DNA of 64,000 bases from Candidatus Altimarinota bacterium. Its GTDB lineage: Bacteria; Patescibacteriota; Gracilibacteria; 1-14-2-50-48-13. Position 1 is the stretch's first letter, and every line of letters starts with the position of its first letter. Positions 30,446 through 38,700 of this stretch are shown piece after piece. The notes under the pieces are model-generated. The model searched no databases. It was not told the DNA's origin and saw only the letters and a list, made by a program, of their open reading frames with translations. The stretch covers positions 1,312,001 through 1,376,000 of the forward strand of contig JBKBWQ010000001.1 in assembly GCA_046314355.1 (NCBI GenBank), read 5' to 3'. Made by a program: the position numbers and the translations under genes.

Positions 30446-31495
30446 ATGAAGGCAGTTCTTCTCGCAGCAGGAAAGAGTACACGTACTTATCCTCTTACTA
30501 CCAATATTCCAAAACCTCTTCTGCCTATTATAGGAAAAGAAATTATTTCGTATACTATTGATGGTCTCTCTGATGAGATCGTAGAATGGTATATTATTCT
30601 AGGCTTTGAAGGCGAAAAGGTGCAGGAGTATCTCAAGGAAAAATATCCGGCGCTTATTCTTCATTTTATCCATCAAAAGGGAATGAGAGGTACCGGAGAA
30701 GCTCTAGCTCTGCTCTCTGAAGAACTTAAAGGAGAATCTTTTATAGTGCTTAATGGAGATGATCTTTATTTCCCTGAGGATGTAAAAGGTCTGATGAAAT
30801 CAGATACAAAATACGGAGTACTCGCAGCTCATGCTGAGGATCCATCAAGATTTGGAGTATTTCGCATTCAGGGTGAAACACTTATTGAGCTTATAGAAAA
30901 ACCAGCGGAATACATCTCCAACCTTGTAAATGTAGGTGTATATAAGCTTCATGGAGATATTTTTAAATATGAATTAACTCTCTCTCCTAGAGGTGAATAT
31001 GAGATTGTGGAGTATATTAATAGGCTGCTCCGGGATGGAGAAGAGGTGAGAGTAGAAAAGATGGAAGGATATTGGCTTCCTATTACGTACCCTTGGGATA
31101 TTTTAAAGGCGCAGAGACATTTATTGGAAAAAGGAGATGTGAGAAATATTATCCCTGTCAGTGCGGAGCTTCACTCTACGGCGTATATTGGACAGAATGT
31201 GGTCATAGGTGAGCACTGTGTGATCGGAGAAAACGTGGAACTTGAAGATGTCTGCCTCTTTGATTATGTAAAAATAGATGCAAACTCCCGCATACACGGA
31301 TCTGTGATTGCAAAGAATGTGCATATTACAGAGACGACTATTGTGGATGGCGCAAGTTCAGGATTTATTATGCTGCCGATCGGAGGTAAAGAGCATGTCT
31401 CTATCAATCCTGAATATAAGGGAATCTTTACTGAGTCACATCTCGAAGTCTCTGGGTTCTATGTAGAGCCTACTTTCATTATCAAAAAAGTATAA
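30446..31495 (+). CDS. sugar-phosphate nucleotidyltransferase (archaeal GlmU-like) with short hexapeptide-repeat domain
   Basis: MKAVLLAAGKSTRTYPLT...PKPLLPI, LNGDD, EKP, SPRGEYEI; left-handed beta-helix-like IGQNVVIGEHCVIGENV. Confidence 0.88.
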   Translation: MKAVLLAAGKSTRTYPLTTNIPKPLLPIIGKEIISYTIDGLSDEIVEWYIILGFEGEKVQEYLKEKYPALILHFIHQKGMRGTGEALALLSEELKGESFIVLNGDDLYFPEDVKGLMKSDTKYGVLAAHAEDPSRFGVFRIQGETLIELIEKPAEYISNLVNVGVYKLHGDIFKYELTLSPRGEYEIVEYINRLLRDGEEVRVEKMEGYWLPITYPWDILKAQRHLLEKGDVRNIIPVSAELHSTAYIGQNVVIGEHCVIGENVELEDVCLFDYVKIDANSRIHGSVIAKNVHITETTIVDGASSGFIMLPIGGKEHVSINPEYKGIFTESHLEVSGFYVEPTFIIKKV

Positions 31496-31496
31496 T

Positions 31497-31901
31497 ATGA
31501 ACTACTGGCTTGTAAAAACAGAACCCAGCACTTTTTCTTATAGCGATCTTGAAAAGGATAAGAAAGCAGTATGGGATGGAGTACGCAATTACCAGGCACG
31601 GAATAACCTGAAACTTATGAAAAAAGGAGATCAGGTGTTTGTCTATCATTCAGTGGATCAAAAGGCAATCGTGGGTATAGCAGAAGTGAGCAAAGAATAT
31701 TATCCAGATCCGACCATTGATGACGACCGCTGGGTAGTAGTAGAAATCGTTCCCGTGAGAGCAGCCAAGACACCGATTACGCTAGATCAGATCAAGTCTG
31801 CGAAGGGCTTGGAAAATATGGTGGTAGTCCGTAATTCCAGACTTTCAGTACAGCCCGTAAAGAAAGAAGAATTTGATGCTATCTTAAAAATGGGAGTGTA
31901 A
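31497..31901 (+). CDS. EVE domain protein
   Basis: MNYWLVKTEP, WDGVRNYQARN, GDQVFVYHS, SRLSVQPV. Confidence 0.93.
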   Translation: MNYWLVKTEPSTFSYSDLEKDKKAVWDGVRNYQARNNLKLMKKGDQVFVYHSVDQKAIVGIAEVSKEYYPDPTIDDDRWVVVEIVPVRAAKTPITLDQIKSAKGLENMVVVRNSRLSVQPVKKEEFDAILKMGV

Positions 31902-31976
31902 TCTTTTCTCTCTCTTTTTTATTTTTCCAATACGCGCTATACTATCCATATACACGTTTGTCACTAAATTATTGCT

Positions 31977-32642
31977 ATGTATAAAAAAATTTTTGCTGGA
32001 GGTGCTCTTCTACTTTGTGTCTCATGCGGTGCCGGGACACCATCTGAGACTGTATCTACGGACTCTGCATCAGGAAGTATGATGGAGATGGCTTCCATGA
32101 GAAAAGAGCAAATTACTGACGTAAAGATGGTTATTGAGCAGCAGAGTGCTTATGTCATTTCTCTTCTTCAAAAGAATGATTTTTCAGCGTTAGCTTCTCA
32201 AGTTCATCCTGAAAAAGGACTTTTACTGAGTGCAGATATTCATTTGGATGACAAGACATTTCCAAGACAAATTATAGCTAGAAAAGAACTCGCTGGATTT
32301 TTGAAAAATACCACTCCCCGTATCTGGGGAAGTAATGGGTATACGGAGCTGCCGCTTCGAATGACCGGAAAAGAATTCTGGGAAACATGGGTATATACAC
32401 GCACTATTACTCTAAACTCTCCGCGTGCGTTTGATGAGGTCCGGATCACAGACGTAAATAAAGTGGCTGCAGCTGAAATGATGCAGAAAAGATTTCCAAA
32501 CTCTCATTTTGTAGAATACAGTGTACTTTCTTCATCTACGGGTGAGGTCAAAGAAAAAGACTGGAGCTTGAGATTAGTCTTTAGTGAATATAACGGACAG
32601 TGGTATCTCGTAGGTATTGTGAGAGATCAGTTTATCGCGTAG
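31977..32642 (+). CDS. putative lipoprotein
   Basis: Lipobox-like LLCVSC after a basic N-terminus; VHPEKGL and WSLRLVF...WYLVGIVRDQ C-terminus. Confidence 0.7.
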   Translation: MYKKIFAGGALLLCVSCGAGTPSETVSTDSASGSMMEMASMRKEQITDVKMVIEQQSAYVISLLQKNDFSALASQVHPEKGLLLSADIHLDDKTFPRQIIARKELAGFLKNTTPRIWGSNGYTELPLRMTGKEFWETWVYTRTITLNSPRAFDEVRITDVNKVAAAEMMQKRFPNSHFVEYSVLSSSTGEVKEKDWSLRLVFSEYNGQWYLVGIVRDQFIA

Positions 32643-32789
32643 ATACAAAAAAGGCACACGTTCCTCATTCGTGTACCCTCTCCTCTCTTGGTTCTCTCCT
32701 CACAGAGAACCAGTAGCTTTTCTCTTGCATATGTAGTATAGGTGATAATAACATCACCGTCAATAGTAATTTACATTTTTTAGCACAAA

Positions 32790-32813
32790 GTGTCATTCCC
32801 GCGCATGCGGGAA
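32790..32813. repeat. dRS3/REP-like palindrome, copy 1
   Basis: GTGTCATTCCCGCGCATGCGGGAA, identical to 51545-51568. Confidence 0.85.
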
Positions 32814-32934
32814 CCCATTGCGGGGTATTGGTTTATTCAACTAGTGTTCTTATAGTGTTCACAAATGTTCTTATAAGAAATAAAGGTTCGGGTGAAGTGA
32901 AGGGTGTTTGATGACATAGGTGGTTTCTTCTTCA

Positions 32935-33245
32935 CCTGCCGGTGGGGCGTTACTTTTGTGACCAAAAGGTAACCAAAAGTCTTGTGGGAGGAGAAAAGCG
33001 TCTGGCAGAAAGGGTGCTTTCTACAAGTCATCAGACGCTTCTCCTCCCCCAAACCCCCAGGGACGGTGCGGTCTAGATGAGGGCTCGAGTGACTAGTGAC
33101 GGTCACTAGTCACTACACAGCCAGGCGATGTACCTACGGTACATATCAGGGCTCGGGGAGGGGAGCCTCTATGAGCTATCCCCCTGAGAAGGGGGACACA
33201 GGGGGTTTGAGCCCGAGCCAAGATGCGAGGGAAAATGTCTCCTCT
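32935..33245. ncRNA. candidate structured RNA or non-autonomous element (GC-rich, multi-hairpin)
   Basis: ~56% GC by hand count in an AT-rich background; at least four strong stems plus long-range CAAACCCCC/GGGGGTTTG pairing; no credible ORF. Confidence 0.45.
33178..33214. repeat. CCCCCT..AGGGGG..AGGGGG REP-like unit, copy 1
   Basis: ATCCCCCTGAGAAGGGGGACACAGGGGGTTTGAGCCC; copy 2 at 38651-38687. Confidence 0.8.
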
Positions 33246-33424
33246 GTGACTGTTATCATTGATTAATCTTTATTGTATTACCTGTCCTTATACAGCCGTC
33301 ATGGTAATTTGACACATGTTAAAAATTATTGACTTAAACTTATTTTTAACTATTCTTCCTTTAAGCCGAAAGGCTCTATGATTATTGGAAAATGAGGTCT
33401 CTGCAAAGAGAAAGGAGAGTTGAA

Positions 33425-34075
33425 ATGGAAAGTAGCAGCAATATGAGTGGGATTTTTTCTGAAATATTAACAAAAGTAGGAAAGCAGATTCCTGACTCTG
33501 TAACGCTCGTACTGATGAGGCATGGTGAGTATGAAGAAGGTGCTGACAAGCAGTTTCATCTGACTGCGGTTGGAAGAAGCAAGCTTTTAAAAGGGGAGTT
33601 CTCTTCTGGACACATACAGAATGCAGACTATTTTGTCAGCAGTATGCTTCCTAGAGCAGTTGAGACTGCTATGGCTGTATTGTATAATAAAGCTCTTAAA
33701 GGTGCAGTAGAAGTACCTACTTTTACTACGGACAGTAGGATAGGAAGCGATGGTCTGATCGCGAGGATTAGAACACCGCACTTCAAGGATTTGCATGATA
33801 CCTACTGTAAGCCAGGTCATCATATTAGTCTGTTCCTAAAAGGCTTAAATGAGTATGCCGATGAATTTACTGCATTCCAAGCGGTGATACTGGAAGTACT
33901 GTATGGCATTGTCGACCATAGTGCCAATGCTAGTAAAAATAAAGAAGATGTGACTGTACTTATTGTCGGTCATACACCTCTGCTTGAGTCAGCGGCATAC
34001 TGCATTACAGGTCAGGACATTTCTGGACTTGATAAAGCAGATGCTCTCTGCATCCGGGGAGGTAAACTACTATAA
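33425..34075 (+). CDS. histidine phosphatase (phosphoglycerate mutase-like) family protein
   Basis: LMRHGE, SSMLPRAVETA, LIVGHTP; AGGAG upstream of ATG 33425. Confidence 0.8.
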   Translation: MESSSNMSGIFSEILTKVGKQIPDSVTLVLMRHGEYEEGADKQFHLTAVGRSKLLKGEFSSGHIQNADYFVSSMLPRAVETAMAVLYNKALKGAVEVPTFTTDSRIGSDGLIARIRTPHFKDLHDTYCKPGHHISLFLKGLNEYADEFTAFQAVILEVLYGIVDHSANASKNKEDVTVLIVGHTPLLESAAYCITGQDISGLDKADALCIRGGKLL

Positions 34076-34085
34076 AACAAAAATG

Positions 34086-34118
34086 AACCGTCTGCTTAAT
34101 GAGTAAGGCGGTTTTTTT
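34086..34118. terminator. terminator between convergent genes
   Basis: AACCGTCT...AGGCGGTT followed by a T tract. Confidence 0.6.
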
Positions 34119-34154
34119 CTATAAGTATTTTAGTTGATCATTTATAGAATTCTC

Positions 34155-34904
34155 TTATCTCACCCGACAAAGTATCAGATCAAATACCGCCTTTGCCGCT
34201 CTTTCCGCAATCTCAGGAAATGCCTTTGGATGAAATCCCGGAGCTGAATTCAGTTCTACAATACCATGATGATTTTTAATCTGGGGTACTTTAGAGATAT
34301 CTTCCATTATGATATCGATGCCTAATACATCAGCTCTGAAAATGTGTGCGATATTTTCAAAAAATATTTCTACTTCCCGAGTCATTTGAGCAGTTACATC
34401 TACTTTTATTTTCGTTCCATTTTCTTTACGCTTTTCTATCACACCTAAAACTTTTCTTTCAATAAGCAGAATACGATACTCTTTTCCTTTTAATGTTTCT
34501 TCTGCGAGAATTCTGTATTCTTCAGGAAATTTAGAGAAATATTTCTGTACTCCTTCCAGGTCAGTGACGTTTTTCATAAGTCCTCTGCTTTTTTGCTTGT
34601 CTACAGGTTTACATATGAGCGGACCTGACAAGTGTGAAGGGAATTCTATCTTGTCTCTCCAGATCACTTTCCATGGAGCCGTGGGTATATGATGTTCATC
34701 AAGGATCTGTTTTGTAATATATTTCATTTTGCAGATGTGAGTCAGTGCAGAGCTTTGCAGCGGTGTTCTAGTATCCGCGCAGAAAAAACCTTCACCTGTT
34801 TGTACTTCAAGGACGTAGGGAGTATGGAGGATATAAGATATATTTCTCTTTTCACATTCCTGCACGAAGAGTGCTGTATTTTTACTTGGGATCATAAACG
34901 GCAT
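34155..34904 (-). CDS. ATP-grasp protein (RimK/cyanophycin synthetase/GshF-like)
   Basis: CKMKYITKQIL...IPTA, PLICKP, GKEYRILLI, GIDII, ELNSAPG. Confidence 0.75.
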   Translation of the reverse strand: MPFMIPSKNTALFVQECEKRNISYILHTPYVLEVQTGEGFFCADTRTPLQSSALTHICKMKYITKQILDEHHIPTAPWKVIWRDKIEFPSHLSGPLICKPVDKQKSRGLMKNVTDLEGVQKYFSKFPEEYRILAEETLKGKEYRILLIERKVLGVIEKRKENGTKIKVDVTAQMTREVEIFFENIAHIFRADVLGIDIIMEDISKVPQIKNHHGIVELNSAPGFHPKAFPEIAERAAKAVFDLILCRVR

Positions 34905-35009
34905 TCAGATAATTAAAATAAGTATACTCACATTTTTCTTTTTTTCATCTGTTAAAAAAACATAACAGTAGTATTGTTTTGTTAGATGTGAGTTTATAAG
35001 TTTCCAGTT

Positions 35010-37709
35010 ATGCTAAAACAAACAATCGGAGCACATGACATAGTAATTTTAGGAGCGAAAACCAATACTCTCAAGAATGTACAGGTGGTGATCCCGGCAG
35101 GGAAACTTACTGTGGTGACTGGCGTTTCTGGTTCAGGTAAATCATCCTTAGCTTTTCAGACACTCTATGCGGAGGGTCAGAACCGTTTTGTGGAATGTCT
35201 CAATACGTATACAAGACAGTTTATTCATACGCTTCAGAGACCAGATGTAGAAAAGATTCTCAACATTCGTCCCGCACTTGCTATCAAACAGGAAAACCGC
35301 GTACGAAGCGGAAGATCTACGGTTGGCACTACTTCTGAGATACATGATTATCTGCGTATTCTTTTTGCAAGAGTAGGTATTACCTATTGTTCAAACTGCG
35401 GAGACGAGGTAAAGGAGCATACGAAGAAAGATATTTTTGATGCAGTTTCCAAGATACAGGAGAGTACAAAACTTGCTTTTGTTTTTCCATATGCCTCTGC
35501 AAAGCTGGATCTGGAGAATCTCACAGAGCTTGGTTTTCAAAGAGCAATTGTGAAAGGAAAAGAAGTACTTTTATCAGATGTAAAAGAGAAAAGTCTCAAG
35601 GATCAGTATATTGTCTACGAACGGTTGAGCTATGACTCTTCAAAGGATAACCGGATACGTGAAGCAATAGACAAGAGTCTTCATTTTGGAAAAGGTGAGA
35701 TGGCAGTGTGGCAGTACGAAGAGAAAAAACTTGAAAAATTCTCTGACCAGTTTCGATGTGATCATTGCGGGCTTGTGTACCAAAAACCTATGCCTGCATT
35801 TTTTTCCTATAATTCTCCTCTTGGTGCCTGTGATGCCTGCGGCGGTTATGGGGATGAGATGACATGGGATGAAAAAAAGGTAGTGCCCGATCCTAGCCGT
35901 TCGATTTTTGAAGGAGCAATAGACCTGCTGCTCAAACCAAGTATGTCTTGGGAGCAGGGACACTACTATAAACGCTGGAAAGGATTGGGGCTCCCTATGA
36001 CTATTCCTTATTCCACATTAGATCAAAAGTGGAAGGACGTTATCTGGAAAGATATCAAAGATATTTTTGCCTATCTTGAAAAGAAAAAATACAAGATGCA
36101 TGTGCGGGTATTTTTAGCAAAATATAGAGGCTATGTGCCTTGCACCGGTTGTCATGGTACGAGACTAAAGCCTGAGGTGCTTAATGTAAAAATAGATCAG
36201 AGGAATATTGCAGAGCTCTCAGATATGGTGATCGAGGATCTTGTCGTTTTCTTTGAAAAAATACACCTGAGTGCATATCAAAAGCAAGTCGCAGAAGCTC
36301 TGCTGCAGGATATAAATGCACGTCTCATTTCTCTCTGCGAAGTGGGACTTTCTTATCTCTGCTTAAGCCGCAGAATGAATACACTCTCCGGAGGAGAATC
36401 CCAAAGACTAAGGCTTGCGACTGCTCTTAGATCCGGACTTTCTGACGTGCTCTATGTGCTTGATGAACCGACCATTGGACTTCATCCGAAGAATACCCGC
36501 CAGCTTATTACGATCCTGCTCAAACTTCGTGATCTCGGGAATACGGTAGTAGTAGTCGAACATGAAGAAGAGGTGATGAAACATGCGGACTATATTATTG
36601 ATATGGGACCCGGTGCAGGAGAACATGGCGGAACAGTTGTATTTCAGGGAGACTGGGATGAACTCTATGCTGCTCATGATTCATTGACGGGCAGATACCT
36701 CACAGGAGATTTAAAAATCACGCGGGAAAAGATTGAAGATAAGAGCCAGGATATGATGATATTTTCCGGCGTAAAAAAACATAATTTGAAAAATGTTGAT
36801 GCCACATTCCCGCGAGAACGTCTTACTTCTCTCACAGGTGTCTCTGGATCAGGAAAATCCACACTTATGGAAGTGATCTATGATACGCTTCAGGGAGACA
36901 ATAGTGCTGTAAGAGGTTATCATAACGCAGACTTCAAAGATGTAATTATGATTGATCAAGAGCCTATCGGAAAAAGTTCAAGATCAGTGCCGGTGACCTA
37001 CCTTGGATTTTTCGATCCGATTCGGAAACTATTTGCAGATACCGAAGATGCAAAGAAGCTGAGACTTACCCCAGGACACTTTTCTTTCAATAGCGCGCTT
37101 GGACAATGCAAGCACTGTGACGGTCACGGCGAGAGAGTGGAAGAAATGTACTTTTTAAATGATCTTGTGGTGATATGCGAATTCTGCGAGGGAAAAAGAT
37201 ATAAACCTAAAGTCCTGAAAGCAAAGTACAGATTTAGAACTATTGCTGATGTATTGAATATGACTGTCACTGAAGCAAAGGAATTCTTTGAAGGGCAAAA
37301 AAAGATACAGCAGGCACTAGATACTCTCATCCAAGTAGGACTTGGATACGTGAGGCTTGGGCAAAGTGCGCTGACCTTCTCAGGAGGAGAGGCACAGCGT
37401 TTCAAAATCGCAGAGGCACTGGACTCACACAGAGAACAGAGACATATGCTCTACCTTATGGATGAGCCTACCACAGGACTGCACTTTGCAGATATTCAGA
37501 CCCTGCTTAATGTATGTGATTCTTTAGTAAAGAAAGGTGCTACGATTATTATGATCGAGCATAATGTAGATATGATCAGGAATAGCGACTGGATCGTGGA
37601 GCTAGGACCAGAGGGAGGAGAAAAGGGTGGAGAGCTCTTGTACGAGGGGACAGCGGGAGAAATTGAAAAAAGTAAAAAAAGTATGATAGCAGAATACTTA
37701 AATAACTAA
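35010..37709 (+). CDS. uvrA: excinuclease ABC subunit A
   Basis: Two Walker A GVSGSGKS motifs, LSGGESQR and FSGGEAQR signatures, DEPT motifs, CxxC zinc fingers. Confidence 0.93.
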   Translation: MLKQTIGAHDIVILGAKTNTLKNVQVVIPAGKLTVVTGVSGSGKSSLAFQTLYAEGQNRFVECLNTYTRQFIHTLQRPDVEKILNIRPALAIKQENRVRSGRSTVGTTSEIHDYLRILFARVGITYCSNCGDEVKEHTKKDIFDAVSKIQESTKLAFVFPYASAKLDLENLTELGFQRAIVKGKEVLLSDVKEKSLKDQYIVYERLSYDSSKDNRIREAIDKSLHFGKGEMAVWQYEEKKLEKFSDQFRCDHCGLVYQKPMPAFFSYNSPLGACDACGGYGDEMTWDEKKVVPDPSRSIFEGAIDLLLKPSMSWEQGHYYKRWKGLGLPMTIPYSTLDQKWKDVIWKDIKDIFAYLEKKKYKMHVRVFLAKYRGYVPCTGCHGTRLKPEVLNVKIDQRNIAELSDMVIEDLVVFFEKIHLSAYQKQVAEALLQDINARLISLCEVGLSYLCLSRRMNTLSGGESQRLRLATALRSGLSDVLYVLDEPTIGLHPKNTRQLITILLKLRDLGNTVVVVEHEEEVMKHADYIIDMGPGAGEHGGTVVFQGDWDELYAAHDSLTGRYLTGDLKITREKIEDKSQDMMIFSGVKKHNLKNVDATFPRERLTSLTGVSGSGKSTLMEVIYDTLQGDNSAVRGYHNADFKDVIMIDQEPIGKSSRSVPVTYLGFFDPIRKLFADTEDAKKLRLTPGHFSFNSALGQCKHCDGHGERVEEMYFLNDLVVICEFCEGKRYKPKVLKAKYRFRTIADVLNMTVTEAKEFFEGQKKIQQALDTLIQVGLGYVRLGQSALTFSGGEAQRFKIAEALDSHREQRHMLYLMDEPTTGLHFADIQTLLNVCDSLVKKGATIIMIEHNVDMIRNSDWIVELGPEGGEKGGELLYEGTAGEIEKSKKSMIAEYLNN

Positions 37710-37722
37710 GGAGCTGTGAGCC

Positions 37723-37846
37723 GTCATCCTGCAGAGTGATACTTTCTCTTTAGTTGTATGATTCAGAACTGCAGGAACCAAACACTAGTGATTCTGAAGC
37801 CACTAATTGAGTGCTTTATCATTTGATGTATTCATTGCAGGATTAC
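37723..37846. repeat. MITE/REP-like element with terminal inverted repeats
   Basis: GTCATCCTGCA ... TGCAGGATTAC (1 mismatch), internal TGCAGGAACC and TTCAGAA/TTCTGAA. Confidence 0.45.
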
Positions 37847-37917
37847 AGCACCATTGCGTTTTTCCTCTAAATCAGTACTATCTTTAAGATTTTCTATTAA
37901 CTTCTGATAACCTTTTC

Positions 37918-38625
37918 ATGGTAAAGACATCTTCAAAACGAAATACTATTATCCTTGCAGTATTGATTATTCTGCTTCTCGGAATAGGAACATTCCTTTA
38001 CATCACTCGTCCTCTTGAGGCTCCAAGTATAGACTTCACAAAAACACCTGTGACTTCTTCTGGATCTACTACTGAGAGCGGAAGTACTATTACCTATAGT
38101 ATTGACGCTACACGTTCAAAAGCATCTTTCTCTATCTTTGAGGTGCTTCGGGGAAATGACTTTACTGTAGTGGGTACTACAAACCAGATTGCCGGAACTG
38201 TGACTCTTGATATGAGTGATCCATCTCAGTCGAAGGCTGGAGAGTTTAAGGTCAATGCGCGAACTCTAAAGACAGATAGCCCGCAAAGAGATGGTGCCAT
38301 CAACCGTATGATTTTAAAATCAGAGACACCAGGGAATGAGTTTATAATATTTACTCCTACAAGTGTTACTGGACTTCCTACAAATGGAGAGGTTGGAAAA
38401 GATTACATGATTTCTATCACAGGAAACCTCATGATTGCCGGTGCTGTAAAGCCTACTACTTTCACAGCTCAGGTAGCGTATTTACAAAATGGTGAAATCC
38501 AAGGAATAGCTACAACAAGTGTCCGACGAGCGGATTTTAATTTGAATATCCCTAACTTGCCGTTTATTGCAAACGTTGGTGAGACGGTAAGTATAAATGT
38601 AGAGTTCGTGGCAGTGAGATCTTAA
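37918..38625 (+). CDS. YceI-family lipid/polyisoprenoid-binding protein, membrane anchored
   Basis: YSIDATRSKASF, LKTDSPQRD, ITGNLMIAG, VRRADFNL. Confidence 0.88.
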   Translation: MVKTSSKRNTIILAVLIILLLGIGTFLYITRPLEAPSIDFTKTPVTSSGSTTESGSTITYSIDATRSKASFSIFEVLRGNDFTVVGTTNQIAGTVTLDMSDPSQSKAGEFKVNARTLKTDSPQRDGAINRMILKSETPGNEFIIFTPTSVTGLPTNGEVGKDYMISITGNLMIAGAVKPTTFTAQVAYLQNGEIQGIATTSVRRADFNLNIPNLPFIANVGETVSINVEFVAVRS

Positions 38626-38650
38626 AAAAGAAAATATAGTAAGTGTAGCC

Positions 38651-38687
38651 ATCCCCCTGATAAGGGGGACCAAGGGGGTTTGAGCCC
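38651..38687. repeat. CCCCCT..AGGGGG..AGGGGG REP-like unit, copy 2
   Basis: ATCCCCCTGATAAGGGGGACCAAGGGGGTTTGAGCCC between convergent genes; followed by CCTTTTTT, so it may also act as a terminator. Confidence 0.8.
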
Positions 38688-38700
38688 CCTTTTTTATAAT

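Noticed and set aside
32837-33106. 89-aa ORF across the structured island
   Set aside because: Runs through palindromic stems, has an atypical composition and no motif
32935-33245. RNase P RNA, tmRNA or SRP RNA identity
   Set aside because: No GAGGAAAGUCC/CGGCUUA pair, no tRNA-like ends and no SRP GGAA-loop domain seen on either strand
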